The notes under the pieces are model-generated. The model was not told where the DNA came from. It did not search any database and was given only the letters and a program-made list of their open reading frames with translations. The translations under genes and the position numbers were made by a program. A stretch of 53,044 nucleotides of DNA from positions 1 through 53,044 of IMG/VR virus record IMGVR_UViG_3300023109_001242, one strand, 5' to 3'. This document shows, one piece after another, positions 41,836 through 52,669 of this stretch. The DNA comes from a virus (taxonomy: Duplodnaviria > Caudoviricetes). The stretch's first letter is position 1, and each line of letters starts with the position of its first letter.

Positions 41836-44124
41836 ATGGATAAGCAATTTTATAACATATTATTAGAACCCGGTACTGACGAAGCAGCATTTCTTGCTAA
41901 CGAAGCAGCAGGTATGGTTTGTCATGATAATCTTGACCTCTTTGATATGTGTTTAGTTATGAAATTAACAGAAGCAGAAGCAGCAACGCTAGAAGCAAGT
42001 CCAAAAGTAATAGAATGTCACATAGAATTAGTAGCTGAGCTTGATTCATATCCAACAAGTATTCCAAGGTACGAAACACCAACTACAGAATATAGAGCAA
42101 GATACTATCCATCCGGAGGTGACGACGGTGCTGATTATACTGGTTCAAATATGTTTTTTACTAGTGAGTTTAAAGGCGCTACAGGTTTTAACCCGCCTAT
42201 AGGATATTTTGGTGATACAAACTTTGAGGATACAGTTAAATCAAACTTTATGGGTGACTATGTTGATATAGTTGCAGTTGAAGCAGGAGACACAGCAGAC
42301 GCACCTGCTCAAAATCATCAAAGCCATGTTGACTTTCAAGAGTTTGATAGTACTACTAGTAGGTTTGTTCCTATGGATTGGTCCGATATAAACTCATCTT
42401 TAACTACTGTTTTAAACAACCAAGTTAGTAATCCTAACGGTGCTGGCATCGGTTATTTTTCATATCATGCAGCTGGTGTACTTAGTGCAGCTGGTGGTAA
42501 ATATTGCGGTTGGGGTAAAAACTCTTCGCTAAGATTAATATATCTTGGTGGTGAATCAACAGCTTCTGTTTATTACGCAGTACTTCAATGGCACCTTGCC
42601 AAACCTATTAATCCTATTACTGGTGTTCGTAATGCAACAGTTGTTACTGGAGCATGGGGCTATGGTGGATTAGAGCATAATAGGTTTTATGATATTGAAG
42701 ATTGTTCATATATAGAAGCAAAAGATCCAGTTACTAATGCCACTACTAGGTATGACAGAGGCGGTTACTTAGAAGGTCAAGAATTTAATATTACAATGAC
42801 TGCCACAGGTTCTACAGAATATATAGTTACAGGCAGCGATCGAATATATAACGGAGCTACAGCATCAACACCTCTAGGCAATAGAGGCATTACTGGAAGA
42901 CCAGGCGATAGAATTACAATAACTAACAACGCAGTCGGTGCGCATCCTCTCTATATTAAAACTGCAGCAACTGGTGGATCTACTAGTGATCTATATTCTG
43001 GAGTAACAGGACAAGGTACATCAGAAGTATCTTTTATCTTACCTGACGCAACTATAGGATTGTATTATATTTGTGGAAATCATTCAGCAATGACTGGAAG
43101 TATAATAGGGCTTAAGGATACTACAACTTGGGGTCAAGATCTTAGACCATTCTTTAGAACTGGTATTATTCCAAGAGTAATTCTAGACCCTGCAGATAAT
43201 ACTGATAAGTGGATGATTTCAGTACCAAACTCGTCACGCTGGGCTGCTTATGATACAATAATGGACACTTATAATACTAACGGTGGAATTTATCACTTTA
43301 AGAGTGCAGGTAACAATGCTCATATTGCAGTTAATCCAGATGATAACAGATGGGACACGTATGTTAGACAAGACGGCAATAGTCCTTACGTTCAAAATAT
43401 TGTTGCTGGCCAACAAAATAATTTTAGTTCTAAAGCCGCGTCATCGACCTATGCCAACAATTATGTGTTTAGAACATATATTAATGGTGGAGATAATCAA
43501 TTCACGGTTGCTGCTTGTCAACAAGACGACACAAACAGATTATTAGATGATTATAGTAACAGAGGCCCAATGATTGACATAGCTTCTTTTGGAGCGCAAA
43601 CATGGACATCATATCCAATTCAAGCTTATAGTGATGGCAGATGGGGTTATTTTAGTGGAACAAGTTGTGCTGCTCCAGTAGCTGCTGGTTGTGCTGCAGT
43701 ATTTTTAGATTGGTATGTTACTCAGAGAGGTAAATTTCCAACTATTGCACAACTCAAAGAATTAATACAAAAACACGCTAAAGAAAACTTAATAGAAGAT
43801 ATAGTAACTAATCTTGACTTTGAAAATCAAATAGGCACGATGGACCCTAATAACGGTCAAGCTAGATTATCGCCTAAAAATATATCTTCAAGTAAATTAT
43901 ACTCTTCAACAGAAGTTAATAGAATTAAAAATCTTGATAGCAGTAATGGTGGAGCAGACTTAACTGTTCTAGCTGGGACACAACCATTAAGAATTCATAT
44001 TCCATGGGGAATCAGAATGGGAAGCGGTAAATATATCGCTGGTGGTTCCGAACAAACACAACATAAAAGGAGACCGACCTCTGGATCTGTCTGGCCTAGA
44101 AGAAAGGTTTCTTTCTCTTCCTAA
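41836..44124 (+). CDS. Subtilisin-like (S8) serine peptidase with an inserted cupredoxin-like domain
   Basis: HAAGVLSAAGG (His), SAGN (oxyanion Asn), YSNRGP.ID, FSGTSCAAP (Ser); insert HPLYI...YYICGNHSAM. Confidence 0.8.
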   Translation: MDKQFYNILLEPGTDEAAFLANEAAGMVCHDNLDLFDMCLVMKLTEAEAATLEASPKVIECHIELVAELDSYPTSIPRYETPTTEYRARYYPSGGDDGADYTGSNMFFTSEFKGATGFNPPIGYFGDTNFEDTVKSNFMGDYVDIVAVEAGDTADAPAQNHQSHVDFQEFDSTTSRFVPMDWSDINSSLTTVLNNQVSNPNGAGIGYFSYHAAGVLSAAGGKYCGWGKNSSLRLIYLGGESTASVYYAVLQWHLAKPINPITGVRNATVVTGAWGYGGLEHNRFYDIEDCSYIEAKDPVTNATTRYDRGGYLEGQEFNITMTATGSTEYIVTGSDRIYNGATASTPLGNRGITGRPGDRITITNNAVGAHPLYIKTAATGGSTSDLYSGVTGQGTSEVSFILPDATIGLYYICGNHSAMTGSIIGLKDTTTWGQDLRPFFRTGIIPRVILDPADNTDKWMISVPNSSRWAAYDTIMDTYNTNGGIYHFKSAGNNAHIAVNPDDNRWDTYVRQDGNSPYVQNIVAGQQNNFSSKAASSTYANNYVFRTYINGGDNQFTVAACQQDDTNRLLDDYSNRGPMIDIASFGAQTWTSYPIQAYSDGRWGYFSGTSCAAPVAAGCAAVFLDWYVTQRGKFPTIAQLKELIQKHAKENLIEDIVTNLDFENQIGTMDPNNGQARLSPKNISSSKLYSSTEVNRIKNLDSSNGGADLTVLAGTQPLRIHIPWGIRMGSGKYIAGGSEQTQHKRRPTSGSVWPRRKVSFSS

Positions 44125-44131
44125 GGCCCAT

Positions 44132-44139
44132 TATAAATA
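44132..44139 (+). promoter_or_regulatory. T4-type late promoter upstream of gp8
   Basis: Exact intergenic TATAAATA. Confidence 0.75.
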
Positions 44140-44171
44140 ATAAAAACACCTAGAGTCGAATATAAAATACC

Positions 44172-45824
44172 ATGCCAGAAATACTTTCAAATAGCTTTAA
44201 AACAGACGTTACCCGATTGTTTATTGACGACCTCGTTAATAATGACTATTGGTTGTTTGTTTCTGGGATAGACGGGTTCACTCCATCAGACTCAGTTAAA
44301 TCAAAACGCGGCTTCTTAGAAAGAACTCTATTTGCCAAAAAGGTAATTGAAAGTGATATTCACTTTATGATAAAATATTACCCTTGGCAGGTTGGCCAAT
44401 CTTATGTTGAGTACGATGACGAAGCAGATTTAACTGGCCAAAGATTTTACGCTGTTGTTGGCCCTAACGATAATGATACTGGTGATTATCGTGTTTATAA
44501 ATGTCTGAATAATAATAATGGTGCTATAGCAAATACACCACCTAATTATGACGTAACAAATTCAAATCAAATTTATTCAACAGCTGATGGATACGTTTGG
44601 AAGTTTATGTATTCTATCTCATCTTTAGAGTTTGACGCTTATAATGCAATTGGTTACATTCCGATTACACCTACACCTACTCCCAATAATCCAGTACCAA
44701 CTACTCAAAGCACAGTTTCAGATGTTGTTGTAACTAATCCAGACGATAACTTTGGTTATACAGTAGAACGCGGCGCGTTTGCACTATCACCATTTCAAAG
44801 TGGTGTTATTATTGTAGAACCTTCAACAGAATATAGTCCAATACGAAATTATTATACTGGTCAGTACTTGTATTCAACAAATCCAAATGATGGTGTTTCG
44901 AGATTATGGGTAATAACTTATTATGATTATAATGTCAATACAGGTAATGCTGAAATAAGAGTAGGCACAGAATTAATAACAGGAGCTGTTTCTCCTGATA
45001 TCTCTGGTGTAGCATCTAACGCAAACTTCCAAATATTCCCACGAATTGATGTTATTGGTGATGGAAGTGGTGCAGTTGCTATACCAAGAATTACTAATAA
45101 CCGTATTCAAACATTAACAGTTTTAAAAGAAGGTAGTGACTATACAAACGCAACTGCAATAGTTGTAGATCCGGCTTATAGTTTTGATCCAGAAGATACT
45201 ACAACGACTGACATCCGAGCTGAGATACGACCTCGTTTATCACCAGCTGGAGGTCATGGATTTAATTTAATCGATGAGTTCAGATGTAAACACTTCTCTT
45301 TATATGCTTATATTACTGCCGAAGATAATACTATGATTGGTGACGTTAATACTTATGGTGGTGTTGGAATAGTACGAACACCTTCATTCGACACTGGATA
45401 TAGTGAGAATATTGTAGATAATAGAATAGCAGTTGTAACTGATGACTATGATAAAATAACGGCTAATGGTACTATTATTCAAGTTAATAGTAGTAATGAA
45501 ACAACTTTTAGCGGTAAAGTACACGAGATTGACGCAACAAGCAATACAGTTTATATTGCAGAGTATCTCGGACCGTATACAAATAACACAGATACTGGCA
45601 CGGCGTTGCATACAAATAATATTGCAGATGTTCCTTTAGATCTAACACTATCGTTTAGAAATGAAACAGGCCAGACAATTGAAATAAATAATCCTGTAGA
45701 GGACAACGTAACACTATCCAAATATATGCAACGAACTGGTGAAGTTTACTTTATGGAAAACTTCTTCCCACTTGCAAGAACCGACTTATCTCGTGAGGAA
45801 TTTAAGTTTGTACTGGAATTTTAA
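44172..45824 (+). CDS. gp8: Baseplate wedge subunit
   Basis: YRVYKCL.NN, TADGYVWKFMY, P.GGHG, GEV.F.EN..P..R.....E..K.VLEF. Confidence 0.85.
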   Translation: MPEILSNSFKTDVTRLFIDDLVNNDYWLFVSGIDGFTPSDSVKSKRGFLERTLFAKKVIESDIHFMIKYYPWQVGQSYVEYDDEADLTGQRFYAVVGPNDNDTGDYRVYKCLNNNNGAIANTPPNYDVTNSNQIYSTADGYVWKFMYSISSLEFDAYNAIGYIPITPTPTPNNPVPTTQSTVSDVVVTNPDDNFGYTVERGAFALSPFQSGVIIVEPSTEYSPIRNYYTGQYLYSTNPNDGVSRLWVITYYDYNVNTGNAEIRVGTELITGAVSPDISGVASNANFQIFPRIDVIGDGSGAVAIPRITNNRIQTLTVLKEGSDYTNATAIVVDPAYSFDPEDTTTTDIRAEIRPRLSPAGGHGFNLIDEFRCKHFSLYAYITAEDNTMIGDVNTYGGVGIVRTPSFDTGYSENIVDNRIAVVTDDYDKITANGTIIQVNSSNETTFSGKVHEIDATSNTVYIAEYLGPYTNNTDTGTALHTNNIADVPLDLTLSFRNETGQTIEINNPVEDNVTLSKYMQRTGEVYFMENFFPLARTDLSREEFKFVLEF

Positions 45825-45837
45825 GGAAATAAAATAA

Positions 45838-48800
45838 ATGCCTATTAACACAAATCTCAACCAATCGCCTTATTTTGACGATTACGATCAAGATAAGCAG
45901 TTTAATCGCATTTTGTTCAAGCCCGGTTTTGCGGTTCAAGCTCGTGAGCTAACACAGTTACAGTCTATACTTCAAAATCAGGTTCAGCAATTTGGTGATA
46001 ATATCTTTAAAGAAGGTAGTATTGTCAAAGGTTGCACGTTTACTAATATTGACGATTTAAAATACGTTAAATTAAAAGAAGGTACAGTTACCACTTTTAA
46101 TCCAACATTATATATTAGTAAAGTTGTTATCGAACCTGTAGCTGGTGGCCAAGAACAAGAAGTCGATAATGTTTATGTAATGACTGGACAAACTTCAGGA
46201 CTAAGAGCACAAATTATTTCAGCTGTTCGTGGTTCTCAAGGTACTTCAGCTGCTACCGCGCCTAACAATACATTCTTTATTAAATATTTAAATACGACTC
46301 CTGGATATTCACAGTTTAGTCAAGGTGAGAAGTTTGATATTACTTTAACTAAGTATAAGCGTGGAACAAATGAGCCTTTAAGTACTTCAACACCAGTTAT
46401 TTTACCGACAGTTGGTACAGATTCTGTAACTGTTTGGAATGACAGCGATGCAGTTGGTAACTCATTCGGTATTGAATCATCTCCTGGTGTGATATTCCAA
46501 AAAGGTCATTTCCTATACGCTTCAGAACAAATATTAATTGTAGAAAATTATAATAGAATACCTGCTGATAAATCAGTTGGTTTCCATATTGCAGAAAATA
46601 CTGTTAACGCACTTACAGATGATAGTTTATACGATAATGCTTTCGGATCTAAGAATCAAAATGCACCTGGTGCAGACCGATTACAATTAGTACCTGCTTT
46701 AACTGTTAAAACTCCTGTACAAGCAAAAGAAGATGCAGACTTCTTCTCACTCGTTCGTTATCAAAACGGAAACGCAGTGACCTTAAGAGATGTATCTCAG
46801 TATAATGCTATCGGCGAAGAGCTAGCAAGAAGAACATACGAAGAGTCGGGTAACTATATACTCGAAGAATTCCCAGTACGAAGCGATGACAGAATACCTC
46901 AAGGTGAAGCTACAAGTAAAGTCCATGCATTAGTTGGTCAAGGTACTGCTTATGTTAAAGGTTTCCGTGTAGAAAATAGTGGAGAGCGATCATTTGAAAT
47001 TGATCCAATAACAACCACTGATATCGTTAATAATCAATCTATTGGTACTGACTATGGTCATTACGTTAACATCACTAGTATTACTGGTCATGTTGATATA
47101 GATTATACTCCTGTTACTTTACAAGACTCAGGTGGTAGTTCAATCGGTCAAGCGATCGCTGTTAACGTAACAAGAAACAGACTATACTTATCTGCTCTAT
47201 CAATGACTGGTAGTATTGCAGATCTTGCTAAAGTTTCTGATGGTAATGGTACAATACAAGTTGATAGCGTATTGCAAGAAGCAGCTAAAAAGTCGTTAAT
47301 ATTTGATAGCGGACTGATCAGCACGTTTGATATGACTGATACTTTAATTCCTGTTAGAGCAAAAGAAGAAGTAACTCACACTGGTGGAGCAATTACAATT
47401 ACTGCTAATCCTGGTGAAGATTTTGTTTGTCAAAATACAGTAAACGATATATTAGTTGTAGAAAAGACAAGTAATGTATTTAGAGAAGCTTCAGCAGTTA
47501 CTGTTACTAATAACAATTCTGAATTAAATATTACAATTGACGCTGGTGCAGCATCTCCGGTTTATGTTTATTACAACAAACGATTAGTTGGTTCTACTGG
47601 TGTAGATTCTTATAATAAGATTGTACGAGAGCCTTGGGTCAAAGTTAGTTATGCTGGTAACGCCAATGCAGTCAATTCAAAATATAGCTTAGGTTTCCCA
47701 GACGTATTTGGTATTACAGAAATTAAAACTATAGGTACAGGTCTTGGTGGAATTGACGAAGACTTTACAAACAGCTTTAGATTAAAGACAAACCAAAAAG
47801 ATCAGTTCTATGATATCTCTTATATGGAGCATATCCCAGGTAGACCTAAACCACTCGATGGCACTCATAACTTATATGTTAAATTAAAAGTATTTCAGAT
47901 CTCTCCTTCCACTGGTAGCTACTTCTTTAATATTAATAGTTATCCGAATACCCTTGATAGAAATGACATACCGGTACATACAAGTGACTCTGGTAGACGT
48001 TTTAACCTTCGTGACTGTGTAGATTTCAGGCCTCATTGTGACAAAGATACTGCAGTTGGTTATGGCGATGATACTGTTATATTAGCAGGACCAATTACAA
48101 ACGCAGTTGGTTTCTTAACTGCAACGTTCTCTGATTTCGGTGCACCTTTAATACCTGCTACTCAAGACGGAATCACAACAGACATCGAACATTACCTTGC
48201 GCGTATTGATACTATTGTCTGTGACTCTTATGGTCAGATTAAAATAGTTAAAGGTAAGGAATCAAAGATACCTGCACCTGTTCAAATCGAAAGCGATAAA
48301 CTTGCAATTGCTAATGTAACAATTCCTGGTTTCCCTGCTTTATCATCTCGTCAAGCAGACACACAAAGAAAACGTGAATACGCTATTAGTATGGTTCCAA
48401 CAGGAATTAAAAATTACACGATGAAAGATCTTCATTCTTTAGAGAAGAAGATTGACAACATGGCTTATTACATCTCGTTAAATCAATTAGAATCTGACAC
48501 ACAGAATTTAACAGTACTTGATGAGAACGGATTGTCAAGATTTAAGAATGGTTTTGTTGTAGATCCATTTAATGATTTACGTTTAGCAGATGTTGGTAAC
48601 CCAGAGTTTAGAGCAGCCGTTCCATTCGCGCAGAAAATATTAACACCAGAAGTTAATACATTCCCAATTGATCTTAAATATAAGACAAGCGCTGGAGCAA
48701 CAATCTTCCCAAGCACAGCTAAGGGTCAGGTTGCAACCTTGACAAGAGATTCAAATGTTGATATAATAGACCAACCATACGCTACTGATTTTAGAAACTG

Positions 48801-51309
48801 TGTAAGTAACTTCTACAAATATGTTGGTGAAGGTATTATCTCACCCCCATACGATGCTGCTTACGATACTACTACAAACCCAGTTAGTTTAGATATTGAC
48901 CTTACAAGTTACTTCGAAGATTTTGTTGATAATATTCAACGATTCCTTCCAATGACTGATACATCAATAAGACAGATTGACTTCGAACGTACAGGTCGAC
49001 GTGGAGCTGGTTTTGCTACAGATCAAATTACAACAAGACAACAAACTATTGAAGTCGGTGAAAATCTTATTAATACTCCAGTTGGTGATTTTGTATCTAA
49101 CTTTGCATTTGAACCATTTATGTCTTCTCGTGATATTAAAATTTATATGTCAGGATTAAGACCTGATACTGATCATTACTTCTTCTTTGATGGAGTTGAT
49201 GTTAATGCTCATATTATTAAAGGTACACCTACTGCCAATTTAGTAGAAGATATTGAAAGATATGGCGATAAAGGTATTACTTCAGTTAAGACTGATTCAA
49301 GCGGTGTTATAAGAGCAATATTCCACTTACCTGCTGAAACATTCTATGTCGGAGATCGAATTTTAGAAATTGTTGACGTTGACCAATATTCAAGTATTGA
49401 CAGTGGTGCAACATCTAAAGGGTTTATAACATACCGTGCTTATAACTTCTCTGTTGAGAAATCATCTCTTACAACTTCAACACGTGCACCAACGTTTGAT
49501 ATTAATACAACAACGACATTCAGAAATGTAACACGTCGTGTCGGTGGCCGTGATCCTATTGCTCAAACATTCTTTATTAAGAAAGGTATGGGACTAGGGT
49601 CTAACAGTGTTTATCTATCTAATATTGATGTATTCTTTAAACGTGTTTCTGCAGAAAACGGTATTACTCTACAAGTACGTGAAGTTATTAACGGTTTCCC
49701 AACAAACCAAGTAGTTCCATTCTCTAAGGTACACAAATTACCAAGTCAATTAACTTCATCTGTTAGTGATGACGCTTCAGTAGCAACAACATTTGCTTTT
49801 GATGCACCAATACGACTTGATGTTGAAAAAGAGTATTGTTTAGTATTACAGCCTGATGCTTCAGATCCTAATTATTTAGTATTCATATCTAAAGTTGGTG
49901 GCCTTGACCTAACACCTGGCGCATCTCAAGGAACTGCGATCGTGCAGGATTGGGGTGACGGTGTATTATTCAGTTCAACAAACAATAGCGCATGGCAGTC
50001 TTACCAAGACGAAGATATGAAGTTTACTCTACGTAGACATAACTTCAGTGCTTCTACTGGTTCTGTTACATTAACTAATAACGATAACGAGTTCTTAACA
50101 TTAAATAATATTACACCTTCTTCTGTTTCTAACTACTTTATTCCTGGTGAAGCTATTTACCAAAATAAAGCTTTGACTGGTTCCACAAACGCAACTGGCG
50201 GTGTTGTTTTAAATAGTACAACAATAACGCAGTCAAATGCTGATCAGAGTTATGTTATCGGTGACTTTATTAAAATTACTGGCGCAGGTAATAAAATTCA
50301 AATTGTTGAGATTGTTAATATTTCAGATGCAAATACAATTATTATTAAATCACCATGGCCTTATCCTACGGAACCAGCAGCTGCAATTATACCTGTAGTA
50401 AAAGGTGATATCTCAAACCACGATAAAAGAAATCCAAGTAAATTGCAACTCGAAAAGAGTTCTGCAACGGCTGTAAAACAATTTACAGTTACTACATACG
50501 ATTCTGGTGGTGCTGCAGAAAATCCTATTACTGGTGCTGATAGTAAGGTTGTTGGAAGTATTGTAAGCGTAGATAACATTAACCTCAGTTATGTTCAGCC
50601 AATGATTATGAGAGCAAATGATTCAGTATCGGCCACAACACTGGAAGGTACACTTGTTTCTCCAACTGACCTAAATACTACATATAATACTACATTAGCG
50701 TTTAACGATAATAATCACTTCTCTAATCAAGGCGTGATAGTTTATAGTAAGTCTAATGATCCAACTGGTGCTAAAGCTTTTGACTTTACTGTGAATCTAA
50801 CAAATGGAAGTAATGTAACTTCAACACCATTTGTTGATATTGAAACATCCAAGTTAATTGGTTATCAATATACTTTAAATTCAGATCCTGCAGAATCAAG
50901 TAATTATATTTCTAGAGTTATAGAACTTGCTAGTGATTTAGATGCTGAAGATCTTAATGTTATATTAACGGGTTACAGACCAGTCAATTCAGATATTAAA
51001 GTATACGTTAAAGCTCAAAATGCGTTTGACTCATCAGACTTAGATTCCATAGGTTGGACTGAGTTAGAAATGTTTAGAGGTGTGGGTACATTCTCATCTA
51101 CTTCTAATATTAAAGATTACAGAGAGTTCCAATACAAGATACCTGCAACTGCTAAAGTTGGTGGTCTACCTAGTGGAGCTCATACATATACTTCAACTAA
51201 TGGTACATTTAAAGAGTTTAGGAAGTTTAAGATTAAAATTGCTTTAACTTCAACTAATATTCATAATGCGCCTACACTAAGAGACTATAGAGCTATAGCT
51301 CTAACATAG
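45838..51309 (+). CDS. Large structural protein (VrlC-like / DUF4815-type)
   Basis: NLN.SPYFDDYD..K.F.RILFKPG.AVQARELTQLQSILQNQ, APGADR, RRTYEESGNY, RFKNGF.VD.F, DPIAQTF. Confidence 0.8.
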   Translation: MPINTNLNQSPYFDDYDQDKQFNRILFKPGFAVQARELTQLQSILQNQVQQFGDNIFKEGSIVKGCTFTNIDDLKYVKLKEGTVTTFNPTLYISKVVIEPVAGGQEQEVDNVYVMTGQTSGLRAQIISAVRGSQGTSAATAPNNTFFIKYLNTTPGYSQFSQGEKFDITLTKYKRGTNEPLSTSTPVILPTVGTDSVTVWNDSDAVGNSFGIESSPGVIFQKGHFLYASEQILIVENYNRIPADKSVGFHIAENTVNALTDDSLYDNAFGSKNQNAPGADRLQLVPALTVKTPVQAKEDADFFSLVRYQNGNAVTLRDVSQYNAIGEELARRTYEESGNYILEEFPVRSDDRIPQGEATSKVHALVGQGTAYVKGFRVENSGERSFEIDPITTTDIVNNQSIGTDYGHYVNITSITGHVDIDYTPVTLQDSGGSSIGQAIAVNVTRNRLYLSALSMTGSIADLAKVSDGNGTIQVDSVLQEAAKKSLIFDSGLISTFDMTDTLIPVRAKEEVTHTGGAITITANPGEDFVCQNTVNDILVVEKTSNVFREASAVTVTNNNSELNITIDAGAASPVYVYYNKRLVGSTGVDSYNKIVREPWVKVSYAGNANAVNSKYSLGFPDVFGITEIKTIGTGLGGIDEDFTNSFRLKTNQKDQFYDISYMEHIPGRPKPLDGTHNLYVKLKVFQISPSTGSYFFNINSYPNTLDRNDIPVHTSDSGRRFNLRDCVDFRPHCDKDTAVGYGDDTVILAGPITNAVGFLTATFSDFGAPLIPATQDGITTDIEHYLARIDTIVCDSYGQIKIVKGKESKIPAPVQIESDKLAIANVTIPGFPALSSRQADTQRKREYAISMVPTGIKNYTMKDLHSLEKKIDNMAYYISLNQLESDTQNLTVLDENGLSRFKNGFVVDPFNDLRLADVGNPEFRAAVPFAQKILTPEVNTFPIDLKYKTSAGATIFPSTAKGQVATLTRDSNVDIIDQPYATDFRNCVSNFYKYVGEGIISPPYDAAYDTTTNPVSLDIDLTSYFEDFVDNIQRFLPMTDTSIRQIDFERTGRRGAGFATDQITTRQQTIEVGENLINTPVGDFVSNFAFEPFMSSRDIKIYMSGLRPDTDHYFFFDGVDVNAHIIKGTPTANLVEDIERYGDKGITSVKTDSSGVIRAIFHLPAETFYVGDRILEIVDVDQYSSIDSGATSKGFITYRAYNFSVEKSSLTTSTRAPTFDINTTTTFRNVTRRVGGRDPIAQTFFIKKGMGLGSNSVYLSNIDVFFKRVSAENGITLQVREVINGFPTNQVVPFSKVHKLPSQLTSSVSDDASVATTFAFDAPIRLDVEKEYCLVLQPDASDPNYLVFISKVGGLDLTPGASQGTAIVQDWGDGVLFSSTNNSAWQSYQDEDMKFTLRRHNFSASTGSVTLTNNDNEFLTLNNITPSSVSNYFIPGEAIYQNKALTGSTNATGGVVLNSTTITQSNADQSYVIGDFIKITGAGNKIQIVEIVNISDANTIIIKSPWPYPTEPAAAIIPVVKGDISNHDKRNPSKLQLEKSSATAVKQFTVTTYDSGGAAENPITGADSKVVGSIVSVDNINLSYVQPMIMRANDSVSATTLEGTLVSPTDLNTTYNTTLAFNDNNHFSNQGVIVYSKSNDPTGAKAFDFTVNLTNGSNVTSTPFVDIETSKLIGYQYTLNSDPAESSNYISRVIELASDLDAEDLNVILTGYRPVNSDIKVYVKAQNAFDSSDLDSIGWTELEMFRGVGTFSSTSNIKDYREFQYKIPATAKVGGLPSGAHTYTSTNGTFKEFRKFKIKIALTSTNIHNAPTLRDYRAIALT

Positions 51310-51319
51310 GCATAATACG

Positions 51320-51505
51320 ATGAGTAATATAGAAAGAGATAAAAGATCTGGGGCAATTGTAAACACAGATGTGTCCGCGCTGAATAAATATAAAGTAGAG
51401 CGGAATTATTATCGTAAAGTAGATAAACTGCAAGATGATATTCTGGACATCAAGCGTAGCATTATCTCTATATACGAACGAATTGAAAAACTGGAAAACA
51501 AGTAA
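51320..51505 (+). CDS. Small conserved hypothetical protein (coiled coil)
   Basis: RD..SGAIVNTD pattern typical after the VrlC-like gene; TAATG coupling to the next gene. Confidence 0.7.
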   Translation: MSNIERDKRSGAIVNTDVSALNKYKVERNYYRKVDKLQDDILDIKRSIISIYERIEKLENK

Positions 51506-52614
51506 TGGCTAAACCCAATATACAAGATATCTTAATCACCCAGACGTTCCAGAACTGGCTTCAAAAAACTAATGAAGTTGTAGAAGTTATTAGAACCGAT
51601 GCTGTTACTGCAGGCGGAGATACTACAGACGGTGATGTGATACTAACCGGTGATATTACTGCAGAGAATGTTATTGCTGGTACTTTATTACAAGCTGATA
51701 ATATCGGGCCACAAACTGGTGGACAACCAGTTACTATTAATGCTCAAACAAGAATTAATGGTACTTCTCAAGAAGCTCTTATCGTTTCAAATGGTACTGG
51801 CGGACAGATAACCTTTACAAACGGAAGTTTAGGTTGGGCTGCTGGTCTTAAAGATAATAGTGGTGATTTTATTATCGACACTGGTGCTGGAGCTGATAAA
51901 TTTAATCTAGCAACTAACGGCATGTTAACCGTACCTAATTTAACAGCAATTGAAGACGTTACTGCTGTTAATTTTATTGGTGATGGTTCTCAATTAACTG
52001 GTGTTGTATCATCTGTTGCACTTGCTGATGTCACAGACGTTACACTTACAAATGTTTCAAACGGTCAAGTATTAAAATATAACTCATCTCAAAATGCTTG
52101 GGTTAACGATACAGATTTTGTAGGAGAAGGTGGTGGCGGAGATGCTGATACTCTCGGCGGTTTAGCTGCTACGTCATTTCTAAGAAGTAATGCTGATGAT
52201 ACTTATACAGGTACTTTAACAGTTACTGGTGACATCGATCAAACCGGTGACCATGATCTGACTGGTACTTTAACCGTTACTGGTGAGATAAGAGCAACTG
52301 GTGATGTTATTACTGCATACAGTGCATCTGATGAAAGATTAAAAGAGAATTTAAAAGTTATTGAACAACCACTAGACAAGATTAGTGAAATTAGTGGTTA
52401 CACATTTAATTATAAAAACAAACCTGACGAAACAGTTCCAGGCGTTGTTGCTCAAGAAGTTGAGAAGATACTTCCAAATGTTGTATTTGACCACGAAAGA
52501 GAAGGTGGCACTTACAAGGCCGTTCGATATGATCAAATTATCCCACTCTTAATTGAAGGGATTAAGGAATTGAAAGAGAAAGTTAATGATTTAGAAGATC
52601 AGTTAAAATCGTAA
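51505..52614 (+). CDS. Tail fibre protein with C-terminal intramolecular chaperone (peptidase S74-like)
   Basis: TF..W..KTNE N-terminus, G.L.VTG repeats, SDERLKEN cleavage motif, G.VAQEVE..LP, terminal coiled coil. Confidence 0.85.
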   Translation: MAKPNIQDILITQTFQNWLQKTNEVVEVIRTDAVTAGGDTTDGDVILTGDITAENVIAGTLLQADNIGPQTGGQPVTINAQTRINGTSQEALIVSNGTGGQITFTNGSLGWAAGLKDNSGDFIIDTGAGADKFNLATNGMLTVPNLTAIEDVTAVNFIGDGSQLTGVVSSVALADVTDVTLTNVSNGQVLKYNSSQNAWVNDTDFVGEGGGGDADTLGGLAATSFLRSNADDTYTGTLTVTGDIDQTGDHDLTGTLTVTGEIRATGDVITAYSASDERLKENLKVIEQPLDKISEISGYTFNYKNKPDETVPGVVAQEVEKILPNVVFDHEREGGTYKAVRYDQIIPLLIEGIKELKEKVNDLEDQLKS

Positions 52615-52669
52615 TGAGTACTAGTGTACTGACCTAATAAATAATAGATAAAATAAGGGAAAAGACTAA

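Noticed and set aside
1295-50579. Many short alternate-frame or antisense ORFs in the track (e.g. 1295-1663, 2407-2835, 4986-5342, 7368-7739, 8471-8776, 15699-16001, 24763-25020, 48483-48716)
   Set aside because: They lie within well-supported genes, lack recognisable motifs or RBSs, and look like shadow ORFs.
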